Below, piece after piece: positions 26,656-35,495 of a stretch of DNA of 64,000 nt (positions are counted from its first letter, which is position 1; each line of letters starts with the position of its first letter). The notes under the pieces were generated by a model. The model was not told the DNA's origin. It worked only from the letters and a program-made list of their open reading frames with translations, and searched no databases. The translations under genes were made by a program, and so were the position numbers. This stretch comes from Longimicrobiales bacterium (lineage in GTDB: Bacteria > Gemmatimonadota > Gemmatimonadetes > Longimicrobiales > Gaopeijiaceae): positions 64,001 through 128,000 of the forward strand of contig CBDCKN010000017.1 in the NCBI GenBank assembly GCA_965218295.1. The letters run 5' to 3'.

Positions 26656-27493
26656 ACAAGTGACGAGACTTGCGCTGGCCTTGCTGCTGATCGGCGTCGG
26701 TGCAGAGCGTGCGCACGGCCAGGACTGGCGCACCGTGACCATGTCACGACAGATCGAGGACGGGCAGCCGGTGGCCGTGGAGGTGCGGTACGGAGCCGGC
26801 CAACTCAGCGTTGGTCCGGCCGAGACCGGCATCCTCTACCGGATGCAGCTCCGATACGATGAAAAGGTCTTCGAGCCGGTGGCCGAGCGTCGTGGCTCTA
26901 CCCTCCGCCTCGGCACCGAGAGCATCGGACGGAGCTTCAGGATCGGTAGGAACCGAACGGGTGGCGAGATGGAGCTCGAGCTGGCTCGGGACATTGCCAT
27001 GGACCTGAGCATGGATTTCGGAGCCGTGAAGGCGAACATCGATCTGGGCGGTCTGCGTCTCACGGGACTGGACATCGAGACCGGCGCCTCTCAGACACAA
27101 CTGGTCGTGTCGGAGCCCAATCCGGAGATCATGGACGAGGCGAGCCTCGAGGTGGGAGCCGCCGAGTTTACGGCCCGTCAGCTGGGGAACCTGAACGCCA
27201 GCCGCCTCGAGGTCGACGCGGGCCTCGGTGACATCGATCTCGACTTCACCGGCGAGTGGCAGAGAGACGCACGAGTCTCCGTAGACATGGGACTCGGCGC
27301 CCTGACTCTGCGTTTCCCGAAAGGACTCGGGGTGAGGCTCGTGAAAGACACCTTCCTGACGTCCCTGGATTCGGAGGGGCTCGTCAAGCGCGGCGATGCG
27401 TATTATTCGTTGGACTACGACGAGGCGGACTACCAGGTCACAGCGGATGTCGACGCCGCCTTCGGTAGCATCCGTGTCCTCTGGGTGCGCTGA
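26648..27493 (+). CDS. Secreted LiaF/DUF2154-like (toast-rack / DUF4097-like) beta-repeat protein
   Basis: Signal peptide ending AHG-Q; repeated xxLDxxxGAGxxxL units (YGAGQL, FGAVKA, TGASQT, VGAAEF, AGLGDI, MGLGAL, AAFGSI). Confidence 0.7.
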   Translation: MNRQVTRLALALLLIGVGAERAHGQDWRTVTMSRQIEDGQPVAVEVRYGAGQLSVGPAETGILYRMQLRYDEKVFEPVAERRGSTLRLGTESIGRSFRIGRNRTGGEMELELARDIAMDLSMDFGAVKANIDLGGLRLTGLDIETGASQTQLVVSEPNPEIMDEASLEVGAAEFTARQLGNLNASRLEVDAGLGDIDLDFTGEWQRDARVSVDMGLGALTLRFPKGLGVRLVKDTFLTSLDSEGLVKRGDAYYSLDYDEADYQVTADVDAAFGSIRVLWVR

Positions 27494-27508
27494 ATAGGAG
27501 ATAGAGAG

Positions 27509-27742
27509 ATGATCGGTACACTGCTGACCTTCTTCGCCGTCGGACTGGTCACCCAGGTCGTCGCCGGGATCACGCTGTCGATCTTGGGGACGGTCCTGTC
27601 GCTGGGGCTCGGCCTCGCCGCCTTCCTGCTCTTCAAGGTGGCGCCCATCCTTCTAGTCGGGTGGGTGGTGCTCAAGATCATCGACAAGCGGAAGGGTGGC
27701 AGCCTGTCGGCCGCCGACCGTCGCTGGCTGGAAGGCGAATAA
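27509..27742 (+). CDS. Small hydrophobic membrane protein (77 aa)
   Basis: RBS AGGAG; two to three TM segments; last gene of the ECF operon. Confidence 0.7.
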   Translation: MIGTLLTFFAVGLVTQVVAGITLSILGTVLSLGLGLAAFLLFKVAPILLVGWVVLKIIDKRKGGSLSAADRRWLEGE

Positions 27743-27794
27743 GGAGCCTGTCGGAGTAATGGGGCGAGCCGCGTTAGGAGCGCCACGGGACCAG
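27743..27794. mobile_element. Truncated remnant related to MITE family A
   Basis: GGAGCCTGTCGGAGTA end-like motif; CGCGTTAGGAGCGCC (27770-27784) identical to 22224-22238. Confidence 0.55.
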
Positions 27795-27800
27795 ATCCTA

Positions 27801-27980
27801 GTGTTCCGTTGCCGAAGTTCGCGAGCCACCAAGAGGGTCGGGGCGCCGTGGGATCAAGGCGGGACGACGCGGCGTAGCGCAAGCGGGCACCGCGCGAAGC
27901 GTGGTCGCAAGGAGTCCCAACGCCGAGCCCACGGATGCACCGTGCCCTCGACTGGCCGAGACACTTTGGTTAGGGGACAC
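27801..27980. mobile_element. MITE family B, 180 bp, TA-flanked
   Basis: Imperfect TIRs GTGTTCCGTTGCCGAAGT / ACTTTGGTTAGGGGACAC, TA on both sides, long internal hairpin (GAGGGTCGGGGCGCCGTGGG / CCCACGGATGCACCGTGCCCTC). Confidence 0.75.
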
Positions 27981-29092
27981 TAAGCTCGCACCGTCTCCCC
28001 CAGCGCCTCCAGCACGACTTCGGCGATCCCCCTGAGGGCCTGCCCTGCAGCCGAATCGGGAGCTGAAACCACCGTCGGGATGCCCTCGTCCCCGGCCGCC
28101 CGGACCATGGGGTCCAGGGGGACCCGGCCCAGGACGGGTAGATTCATCTCTTCGGCCAGGCGCTCGCCCCCCCCGCTCCCGAAGACGTCGATCTCCTCTC
28201 CACAGTGGGGGCATACGAGTCCAACCATGTTCTCGACGATCCCCAGAATTCGCGTGTTCACGCGCTCGAACATCTTTATGCCCCTTCGGACGTCACCGGT
28301 GGACACGTCCTGTGGCGTGCTCACCATCACCACACCGGCGATGTCGATGGTCTGGACCAGCGAGAGCTGAGCGTCACCGGTTCCCGGCGGCATGTCCACG
28401 ACCATCACGTCCAAAGCCCCCCAGCTGACCTGCTCGAGGAACTGCTTGAGTATCCCGGAGACGAGGGGGCCCCGCATGATGGCTGGTTGTTCCTTCTCCA
28501 GCAGGAATCCGAGGCTCATGAGGCGCACACCGTGGGCCTCCAGAGGCTCGATCATCTCCTGACCCTTGCCTCCGGTCACCGGCGGACGGCGGTCCTCACC
28601 GAACATGAGGGGGATGTTGGGCCCGTAGATATCCGCGTCCAGAAGTCCGACGGACCGTCCCGAGGCGGCCATGGCCGCCGCCAGGTTCGTGGCCACCATG
28701 GACTTGCCCACGCCACCCTTGCCCGAGCTCACCGCGATGACGTGGGACACCTCGGAGAGGATCCCGGGCTTGGGCGTCGGCGCGGGTACCGACCCCGGCT
28801 GGAGGCCGCCAGAAGGTGGTCCTCCTCTTGGGGCCTGACCCGTGGTCTGAGGCAGTTGGACGTTGATCTTCACGCTACCGACGCTCTTCACAGCCTCCAC
28901 CGCCCCCCTTGCCTCGCGAACAAGGTCCCCGGGATCGTCACCTTGGAGGACGAAGGAAAAGCGCACGTCGCCACCGTCGGCCACCTCCACAGACTGGACG
29001 TGTCCACTCTCAATGATGTCACGGCCGGTCGTGGGATGGCGTACGCCGGCCAAGGCCTGGAGCACGGTCTTCCGGAGGTTGTCGTCGCCCAT
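27980..29092 (-). CDS. mrp: Mrp/ApbC (NBP35) Fe-S cluster carrier ATPase
   Basis: SSGKGGVGKS, LDADIYGPN, MRGP, VDMPPGTGD, STPQ, GIVENM, CPHC. Confidence 0.95.
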   Translation of the reverse strand: MGDDNLRKTVLQALAGVRHPTTGRDIIESGHVQSVEVADGGDVRFSFVLQGDDPGDLVREARGAVEAVKSVGSVKINVQLPQTTGQAPRGGPPSGGLQPGSVPAPTPKPGILSEVSHVIAVSSGKGGVGKSMVATNLAAAMAASGRSVGLLDADIYGPNIPLMFGEDRRPPVTGGKGQEMIEPLEAHGVRLMSLGFLLEKEQPAIMRGPLVSGILKQFLEQVSWGALDVMVVDMPPGTGDAQLSLVQTIDIAGVVMVSTPQDVSTGDVRRGIKMFERVNTRILGIVENMVGLVCPHCGEEIDVFGSGGGERLAEEMNLPVLGRVPLDPMVRAAGDEGIPTVVSAPDSAAGQALRGIAEVVLEALGETVRA

Positions 29093-29151
29093 TTCCGCTC
29101 CCGAACGGTACACAGGGCATGCTCACTCATCGCCATGAGCCTCATGACCCC

Positions 29152-29186
29152 AAAAAAAGGGGCGCCCCCGGGGTCTCCGGGACGCC
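29152..29186 (-). terminator. Rho-independent terminator after the NifU-family gene
   Basis: GGCGTCCCGG-AGAC-CCCGGGGGCGCC hairpin followed by CC and T7 on the minus strand. Confidence 0.6.
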
Positions 29187-29230
29187 GGCACGGGGTCTTG
29201 GCCAAGGCAGGCCCTGCCCGTTTCTTCGTT

Positions 29231-29467
29231 TTAGACTGCCTGGACCTCGGTCACACCCGGGACGCTGCCCTTGAGGCGACGCTCGATCCCCTCTTTCAGG
29301 GTCATCAGGGAGATGGGACAGGCCTCGCAGGCCCCCAACAGACGCAACTCCACAACACCATCCACCTCGTCGAAGCCCAGGAACTCCAGATCCCCGCCAT
29401 CCGCCCACAGTGCCGGACGGATCGACTCCAGGACTTCCTCGATTCTTGCTTCCGCCGTCTTCGGCAT
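29231..29467 (-). CDS. NifU C-terminal domain (Nfu) Fe-S scaffold protein
   Basis: IRPALWADGGDLE, GACEACP, TLKEGIE; 78 aa. Confidence 0.93.
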   Translation of the reverse strand: MPKTAEARIEEVLESIRPALWADGGDLEFLGFDEVDGVVELRLLGACEACPISLMTLKEGIERRLKGSVPGVTEVQAV

Positions 29468-29505
29468 GCGATTGCGTCCCGTGCCACGCTGCCTCGAACC
29501 GAGAA

Positions 29506-29535
29506 AATCTACGAATATTTTATTGCATGAGTCAA
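29506..29535 (-). promoter_or_regulatory. Putative sigma70 promoter TTGACT-N18-TAGATT
   Basis: Located in the AT-rich divergent intergenic region, about 40 bp upstream of the nfu start. Confidence 0.45.
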
Positions 29536-29659
29536 CATGACCGTTGTTATATTCCGTGAAGGTTCCGTTAAAGGGTCGAAAACGGAGATTCGTAAACATA
29601 TGTTTCCGTCGTCTGCCGGGTCCAGAGGCAGACCGCGGGGATAACTGCTGAGAGGCTGC

Positions 29660-32049
29660 ATGCACGAAGACACGACGTCCCTTGCCCCCTTCGAGTCTGA
29701 GCTGTCGGGTGCCTCGCCCCACATCTCGGACTACTGGCACGTCATCACCCGTCGCCTGTGGCTCGTGCTCCTCATTTTCGGAGTGACGACCGCTTCGGCC
29801 ATCTGGGCGGTATCCAAGCAGCGGACAATCTACGAGACGAGAGCCACCCTCCAGATCAACGATCCGCTCGAGGTGACCCGACAGCTTACGGTCCCCAGGG
29901 GGGTGTCGCGAATGAGCATCTTCGTGGATCCCATCGAGTCGGAGATTCAGGTGCTGGCCTCGGCCCAGGTGGCCCGCAGCGTGGTGCACCACGTGGGTAT
30001 GCGGCTGCGTCCCGAGAATCCGAATCTCGTACGCTCCGATCTCTTCGTGGACGCCTGGATCGACCCGGAGGCGCCCGACGGTGTCCTTGATCTCGTCTAC
30101 GACGTGGACGGCACCGAGGCGCAGATCTTCGACGGTACCGGGTACTTCGTCGCGGCCGGCCCCGTGGGCACGGAGCTCGACGGCGGTTGGCTTAGGCTGA
30201 GGACGCAGCTTCCACCCGGAGAAGCTCGCCGGTACCGCCTGGTGATCCATCCGGCATCGGGAGTCCAAGGTGAGGTTCAGGGACGAGTCGCGGCGGCAAC
30301 CCTGGAATCGACGAACATCATCCAGGTGAGCTACCGGAGTCCCGATCCCATCCTGGCACCGAAGATCTTGAACGGGGCCACGGTCGCACTACAGAGCTTC
30401 GGAGAGGCTCGAGTCCGGCAGCAGGCTGAGCGCGATCTGGCGTTCATCGAGCAGCGTCTCGACAGCGCCCTGTCTCAGCTCCAGAGCTCGTCCCGGGCGA
30501 TTCGGCGCTTCAAGGAGAGCGCCTCGTTCACCACCCTGACCATCCAGGAGCAGCAGCTCCTGAATCGCTACCAGCGCACCGACGACCGAATGCAGGAGCG
30601 GTCGCCCAGCTGGACGCCCTCCACGGGATCACGGTGAGCTTGGAGACGACCGGCCTCGGGGGCGTGGACCTCGTAGCCTTCATGGCGGTGCTGCCCGCCG
30701 GAGTGAATCCGCAGATCCGCGGCCTCGCCGACGAAGTACAGGACCGCAAGAACCTGGTCCAGACGCTTCTGACCGAGGAGCGGAAGACTGAGGATCATCC
30801 ACAGGTGAGGGCGGTGCGGGCCCAGCTCCAGGCAAAGGAGGCCGAACTCAGAACCGCAGTCGATGAGAACCTGGGCGTCCTCGACACCCAAATAGCGGAC
30901 CAGCAGGCCCAGCTCAACCAGATTCGGGCCGACCAGGCGAACTTCCCCGAGCTCGAGAACCGGCTCGAGGAGCTGAACATCCAGCTCGGACTCGACCAGG
31001 AGACCGTGCGCTTTCTCAAGTCCCAGCAGTACCAGGGGGAGATCACCGCCGCGGGTGCGTCGGCCTATGTCGCCGTCGTCGACTCGGCCGACAGCGTGAG
31101 CCCGGTGACGACTGGCGGACGGACCAATCTTCTCCTCGGCGCGCTCCTGGGGCTGATCCTCGGGGTTGGGGCGGCGTTCTTCCTCGAGTATCTCGACCGT
31201 ACGGTCCGCACCAGCGCAGACGTCGAGACACTCCTCAGTATTCCGGTCCTCGGCATCATACCGCGGCTCCGGAAGCTCAGGCCCGAGTCGGAAGAGGACG
31301 ACGGCCACGGCGCCCTTCCCCTCATGGTGGCACTGGATCCTCTCGATCCGGCCGCCGAGGCGTACCGCAACCTGCGCATGAACCTGATGTTCATGAGCAC
31401 CGACGACGAGCCCATCCGGACCCTGCTCTTCTCGAGCCCAGGCCCCAACGAAGGCAAGTCCACAACTGCGATCAACTTCGCCGTCATGCTGGCGCAACAG
31501 GGGCAGCGTGTGCTGCTCATCGACGCGGACCTGCGTCGCCCCGCTCTGCACCGGGCCATGGACGTGCTCCGGGAGCCGGGGCTAACCAACCTGATGGTGG
31601 GAGACGCGGAGTTGCGCGAGGCTGTTCGGCCCAACGTCCTCCCGAACCTGGATCTACTACCCAGCGGGCCTTTCCCGCCCAACCCATCCGAACTCCTCAA
31701 CTCCAAGACCATGCAGCGTCTTCTGGAGGAGTTCGAAGGGAAGTACAGCCACGTCATCCTGGATACGCCACCCATCCTCGCCGTCACCGACTCGGCGGTT
31801 CTGGGCGTCCACACCGATGGTGTCGTTCTCGTGCTGCGGTCTGGAGAGACTGAGCAACGGGCAGCCGAGCGGGCCGTGGATCAGCTCCGAAGGGTCGGCG
31901 TGAGGGTCTTCGGGGCGGTGCTGAACGAGGTGTCCTCCGCCACCGTGGAGGAGAGCTACTATATGCAGTATTACTACAGCTACCATCCACGCCAGGATGG
32001 TGGACTCAAGAAGCTGGCCAAGGGGCTACAGAAGGCGAAGATCTGGTAG
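29660..32049 (+). pseudogene. wzc: Wzc-like polysaccharide co-polymerase/tyrosine autokinase split by a single-base frameshift near 30600
   Basis: N part DYWHVITRRLWLVL..YETRATLQI; C part GPNEGKST, LLIDADLRRP, PPNPSELL, LDTPP, Tyr cluster SYYMQYYYSY; adding one G at CGG/GTC joins the frames (MQER-VAQLDALHGITVSLET). Confidence 0.85.
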
Positions 32050-32323
32050 AAGCTCCCCGCTTCAACCCCCCATCCGACTTTTCCGAGCCGCGGCCCGTCG
32101 GGTCGTCGTCACCTCCTGATCGTCCTCTCCTAGTGCGCTTGCGGCGGAGGCCCCCACCCCCGAGATTGCCCTAGAATTTCCAGGGAAAATTCGGGCTGGG
32201 TAGCCCAGCCGTACGACGGGTGAACAGCGAATGTTCCCCGTCGCTTTTTTGGGATGCCGAGCAGCCCCCCAGCGGCAAGAGCTGACTTCCAAAGACAACT
32301 ATCCGCCTCGAGAGCCTACTTCA

Positions 32324-33952
32324 ATGAACGGCACGTACAGAGTTCCCCACCCCAAGAACGAGCCTTTCCGAAGCTACGCGCCCGGGACACCCGAGCGCGA
32401 TTCCATCAAGGCCAGATTGGCCACCATGGCTGCCGACCAGATCGAGATTCCGCTGATCATCGGGGGCCAAGAGATCCGTACCGGAAGGACTACGGACGCG
32501 GTCATGCCTCACCGGCATTCCCACGTCCTTGCCACCTGCCACCGCAGTGGGACAGACGAGATCAAACAGGCGATCCAAGCCTCCACCGACGCCCACCGGG
32601 AGTGGTCCGCCATGCGTTGGGAGGACCGCGCTTCGATCTTCCTGACGGCATCCGAGCTCCTGGCCACCACGTGGCGGGACACGCTGAACGCAGCCACTAT
32701 GCTAGACCAGAGCAAGACCGTATATCAGGCCGAGATCGACGCGGCTGTTGAGTTCATCGACTTCCTCCGCTTCAACGTCCACTTCGCCCAGACCATCTAC
32801 GAGGGTCAGCCCTTCTCTAGCGAGGGGATATGGAACCGCACCGAGTACCGCCCGCTCGAGGGCTTCGTGTACGCGGTCAGCCCGTTCAACTTCACGGCCA
32901 TAGGCGGCAACCTGTCGTCCTCCCCTGCCATCATGGGCAACACGATTCTGTGGAAGCCCTCGAGCGCCGCGCTCCTGGGGAGCTACTACGTCATGCGGCT
33001 CTTCGAGGCGGCGGGGCTCCCCCCGGGAGTCATCAACTTCATGCCCGGACCCCCGGCCGACACGACCGAGCTCGTGCTGGGCAGTCCCGACTTTGCCGGG
33101 GTTCACTTCACTGGCTCCACGGGTGTGTTCCAAAGCCTCTGGAAGACCGTGGGCGAGCGCATCGGCAACTACCGGTCCTACCCACGCCTCGTCGGGGAGA
33201 CCGGAGGGAAGGACTACATCGTGGCCCATCCCAGCGCCGACGTGGACGCCCTGCGGACCGCCATAGTGCGAGGCTCCTTCGAGTACCAGGGCCAGAAGTG
33301 CAGCGCGGCGTCCCGCGCTTACGTCCCCGAGAGCCTCTGGCGGCAACTGAAGGATCCCCTCGTCGATGAGACCAACGCCATCACCATGGGGGAGCCCACT
33401 GACTTCCGGAACTTCATGGGGGCGGTGATCCACGCGTCGGCCTTCGAGAAGATCACCGGCTACATCGACCGCGCGGCGGCCAGCTCCGACGCCGACATCG
33501 TCGCCGGTGGGGAATACGACGACTCCGAGGGCTATTTCATCCGGCCCACCATCATCCAGTCCCACAAGCCGGACTACGAGTCCATGCGCGACGAGATCTT
33601 CGGACCGGTGGTCACGGTGTACGTGTACCCCGACGCTGAGTGGAGCGCCATGCTTTCGCTGGTGGAATCCACCTCCCCCTATGCCCTCACGGGGGCGGTC
33701 TTCAGCCGGGATCGGGTCGCCCTGAGAGAGACCCGCGACGCCCTTCGGTTCACGGCGGGCAACTTCTACATCAACGACAAGCCCACGGGGGCAGTGGTGG
33801 GCCAGCAGCCCTTCGGCGGAGGCCGGGCCAGCGGGACGAACGACAAGGCCGGCTCGGCGCTGAACTTGCTGCGCTGGGTCTCGGCGCAGAGCATTAAAGA
33901 GACGTTCGTGCCCCCGACGGATTATCGCTATCCGTTCATGGACGCGGAGTAG
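32324..33952 (+). CDS. pruA: L-glutamate gamma-semialdehyde (1-pyrroline-5-carboxylate) dehydrogenase
   Basis: NEP..SYAPG, SPFNFTAIGGN, HFTGST, VGETGGKD, FEYQGQKCSA, EIFGP, NDKPTGAVVGQQPFGG. Confidence 0.97.
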   Translation: MNGTYRVPHPKNEPFRSYAPGTPERDSIKARLATMAADQIEIPLIIGGQEIRTGRTTDAVMPHRHSHVLATCHRSGTDEIKQAIQASTDAHREWSAMRWEDRASIFLTASELLATTWRDTLNAATMLDQSKTVYQAEIDAAVEFIDFLRFNVHFAQTIYEGQPFSSEGIWNRTEYRPLEGFVYAVSPFNFTAIGGNLSSSPAIMGNTILWKPSSAALLGSYYVMRLFEAAGLPPGVINFMPGPPADTTELVLGSPDFAGVHFTGSTGVFQSLWKTVGERIGNYRSYPRLVGETGGKDYIVAHPSADVDALRTAIVRGSFEYQGQKCSAASRAYVPESLWRQLKDPLVDETNAITMGEPTDFRNFMGAVIHASAFEKITGYIDRAAASSDADIVAGGEYDDSEGYFIRPTIIQSHKPDYESMRDEIFGPVVTVYVYPDAEWSAMLSLVESTSPYALTGAVFSRDRVALRETRDALRFTAGNFYINDKPTGAVVGQQPFGGGRASGTNDKAGSALNLLRWVSAQSIKETFVPPTDYRYPFMDAE

Positions 33953-33977
33953 GAACGGCGCAAACGGTCAACAAGAG

Positions 33978-34009
33978 GAAACCCCATGGGGAGAGTCCTC
34001 AGGGGGTTC
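33978..34009. terminator. Hairpin between convergent pruA and the lepA operon
   Basis: GAAACCCCATGGGGA-GAG-TCCTCAGGGGGTTC stem-loop; no strong U-tract. Confidence 0.4.
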
Positions 34010-34021
34010 GGATTCCGCGCT

Positions 34022-34612
34022 TCAGCCGCTCAGCCGGCCGAGAAGCGTGCTGAGGGCGTGATACCCTCCCCCCCCTGGAGCCTCGAAAACCACTCGCCTC
34101 AGGACCAGGTCGTCGAGGGCCTCACGGTGGTTCGCTCCGGGAAACACCTCCTCCACCTCAGCGGCTTCGATGCGGCGGCGGGTCTCCAGGACGCACCAGG
34201 CGTGGTCTTCGTCCTGGGTCGGGCTCCCGAGGAGCTCGAACTGGCCGCCACTCACCTCCGCGACGGCCAGCAGGGACTGCCGCTGGAGAACGGCTTCGAT
34301 GGGCTCTCGGTGGATCTGGCTGACGCCCCTGAACACGAACAGGGCGTCCCCCGGTCTGTCCTCTTCGAGAAAGTGGAGGATGAGCTTGGCAACGACCTCG
34401 TCGGCACACGAGAAGTCGATGACCGTGACCTCGGAAAGATCGATGAGGGACAGGGAGGTCCGGCCGCTCTCTGCCAGCTGAGCCTCGATGGCCATCCGCA
34501 CGGCCCGGCCGGTGGGCCTTGTGACGAGGTGCGAGTAGAGCGAGGCGATGGAGCGCTGCAGGAGCAAGCCCACGTCGATGGCGATGGGATCGACCCCCAA
34601 CTCATGCCTCAT
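34022..34612 (-). CDS. STAS-like (DUF4325-like) domain protein with possible C-terminal winged helix
   Basis: LVTRPTGRAVR, LIDLSEVTVIDFSCADEVVAKL; overlaps the upstream gene stop. Confidence 0.6.
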   Translation of the reverse strand: MRHELGVDPIAIDVGLLLQRSIASLYSHLVTRPTGRAVRMAIEAQLAESGRTSLSLIDLSEVTVIDFSCADEVVAKLILHFLEEDRPGDALFVFRGVSQIHREPIEAVLQRQSLLAVAEVSGGQFELLGSPTQDEDHAWCVLETRRRIEAAEVEEVFPGANHREALDDLVLRRVVFEAPGGGGYHALSTLLGRLSG

Positions 34613-35495
34613 CGGCGACCCGCTCCGGGAGGATGATGTTGATCTGCGTCCCTGGGAAGTCGGGCAGCCCCTCTTCCATGGGTGGTGAGTCGAACCAATC
34701 GGGAACGTCCGCGATACGCGCCGTGCCGCTCCGGATGGAGATGAGGCCGTCCCAGCGCCGGACCTGCTTCCGGATCTGCTGAATCCCCTGTCCCCTGCCC
34801 GAGTCGGGAAAACGTGTGAGGCCATGTATGAACGCGGCTTCCAGAGCCGTGGCGTCGCCCCAACGATCGGCGAAGCGAGCCGAATGCTCGTCGGCGAGAG
34901 AGCCTCGGAAGCCCCTCCCCAGATCGGATACGGAGATGATGACTACCTGGCGACCCAACCTCCTGGACCAGTTGTACGACTGGGCCGCCACCCACCCGGC
35001 AGCCTCAGCGTGTTCGATGATGTTCTGGCATACCTCGCTCAGGATGACACTGAACTGGACCACGCTCGTCGGTGGATAGCTCAGAGTCTTGGACAGGATG
35101 GCGCCAGCGCGCTTCTGGACCCGATCCACCACCTCGTGGACGTCGCTGTTGGTAGTGATGGGTGTGATCTCGAGCAGAACGTCGGACTCTCCCATCGATC
35201 CCTTGTGGGGAGTCGGGCCGGTGGCGAACACCCCCTCCGCCGCCTGGAAGAACCCCATGCGACCCATGTAGCTCTTCACGTCTCCGACGTCGGCCAGCTC
35301 CAGGTGGGGAGTCTCTCCGCTCCGATCGCGTGCAACGGAGCCGGCGGCCAACAGGTTCACCATCCCGTTGGGGCCGACCCACCGAAGGTGCCGTCCGTCG
35401 AAGAGGACCTTCTCGTGCCCCGCCTCAGTGACTTCGGCGAGGAGGGCGTCGTAGCTGTGAAAGTCGAGGGAGCCTGGGAGGTCGATGACCTTCAT
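34602..35495 (-). CDS. STAS-like N-domain plus GHKL/HATPase (anti-sigma kinase-like) protein
   Basis: IDLPGSLD..VLFDGRHLRWVGPNG; N-box SEVCQNIIEHA, G1 SDLGRG, G2 GRGQG, terminal FPGTQINI. Confidence 0.75.
   Translation of the reverse strand: MKVIDLPGSLDFHSYDALLAEVTEAGHEKVLFDGRHLRWVGPNGMVNLLAAGSVARDRSGETPHLELADVGDVKSYMGRMGFFQAAEGVFATGPTPHKGSMGESDVLLEITPITTNSDVHEVVDRVQKRAGAILSKTLSYPPTSVVQFSVILSEVCQNIIEHAEAAGWVAAQSYNWSRRLGRQVVIISVSDLGRGFRGSLADEHSARFADRWGDATALEAAFIHGLTRFPDSGRGQGIQQIRKQVRRWDGLISIRSGTARIADVPDWFDSPPMEEGLPDFPGTQINIILPERVADEA

Noticed and set aside
29231..30268. 345-aa ORF as a long NifU protein
   Set aside because: Only the last 78 codons are Nfu-like; the rest is intergenic or antisense to wzc
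32175..32212. Palindromes upstream of pruA (GAATTTCC..GGAAAATTC; GGCTGGG-TAG-CCCAGCC)
   Set aside because: Single occurrence, no cognate regulator nearby; too weak to call
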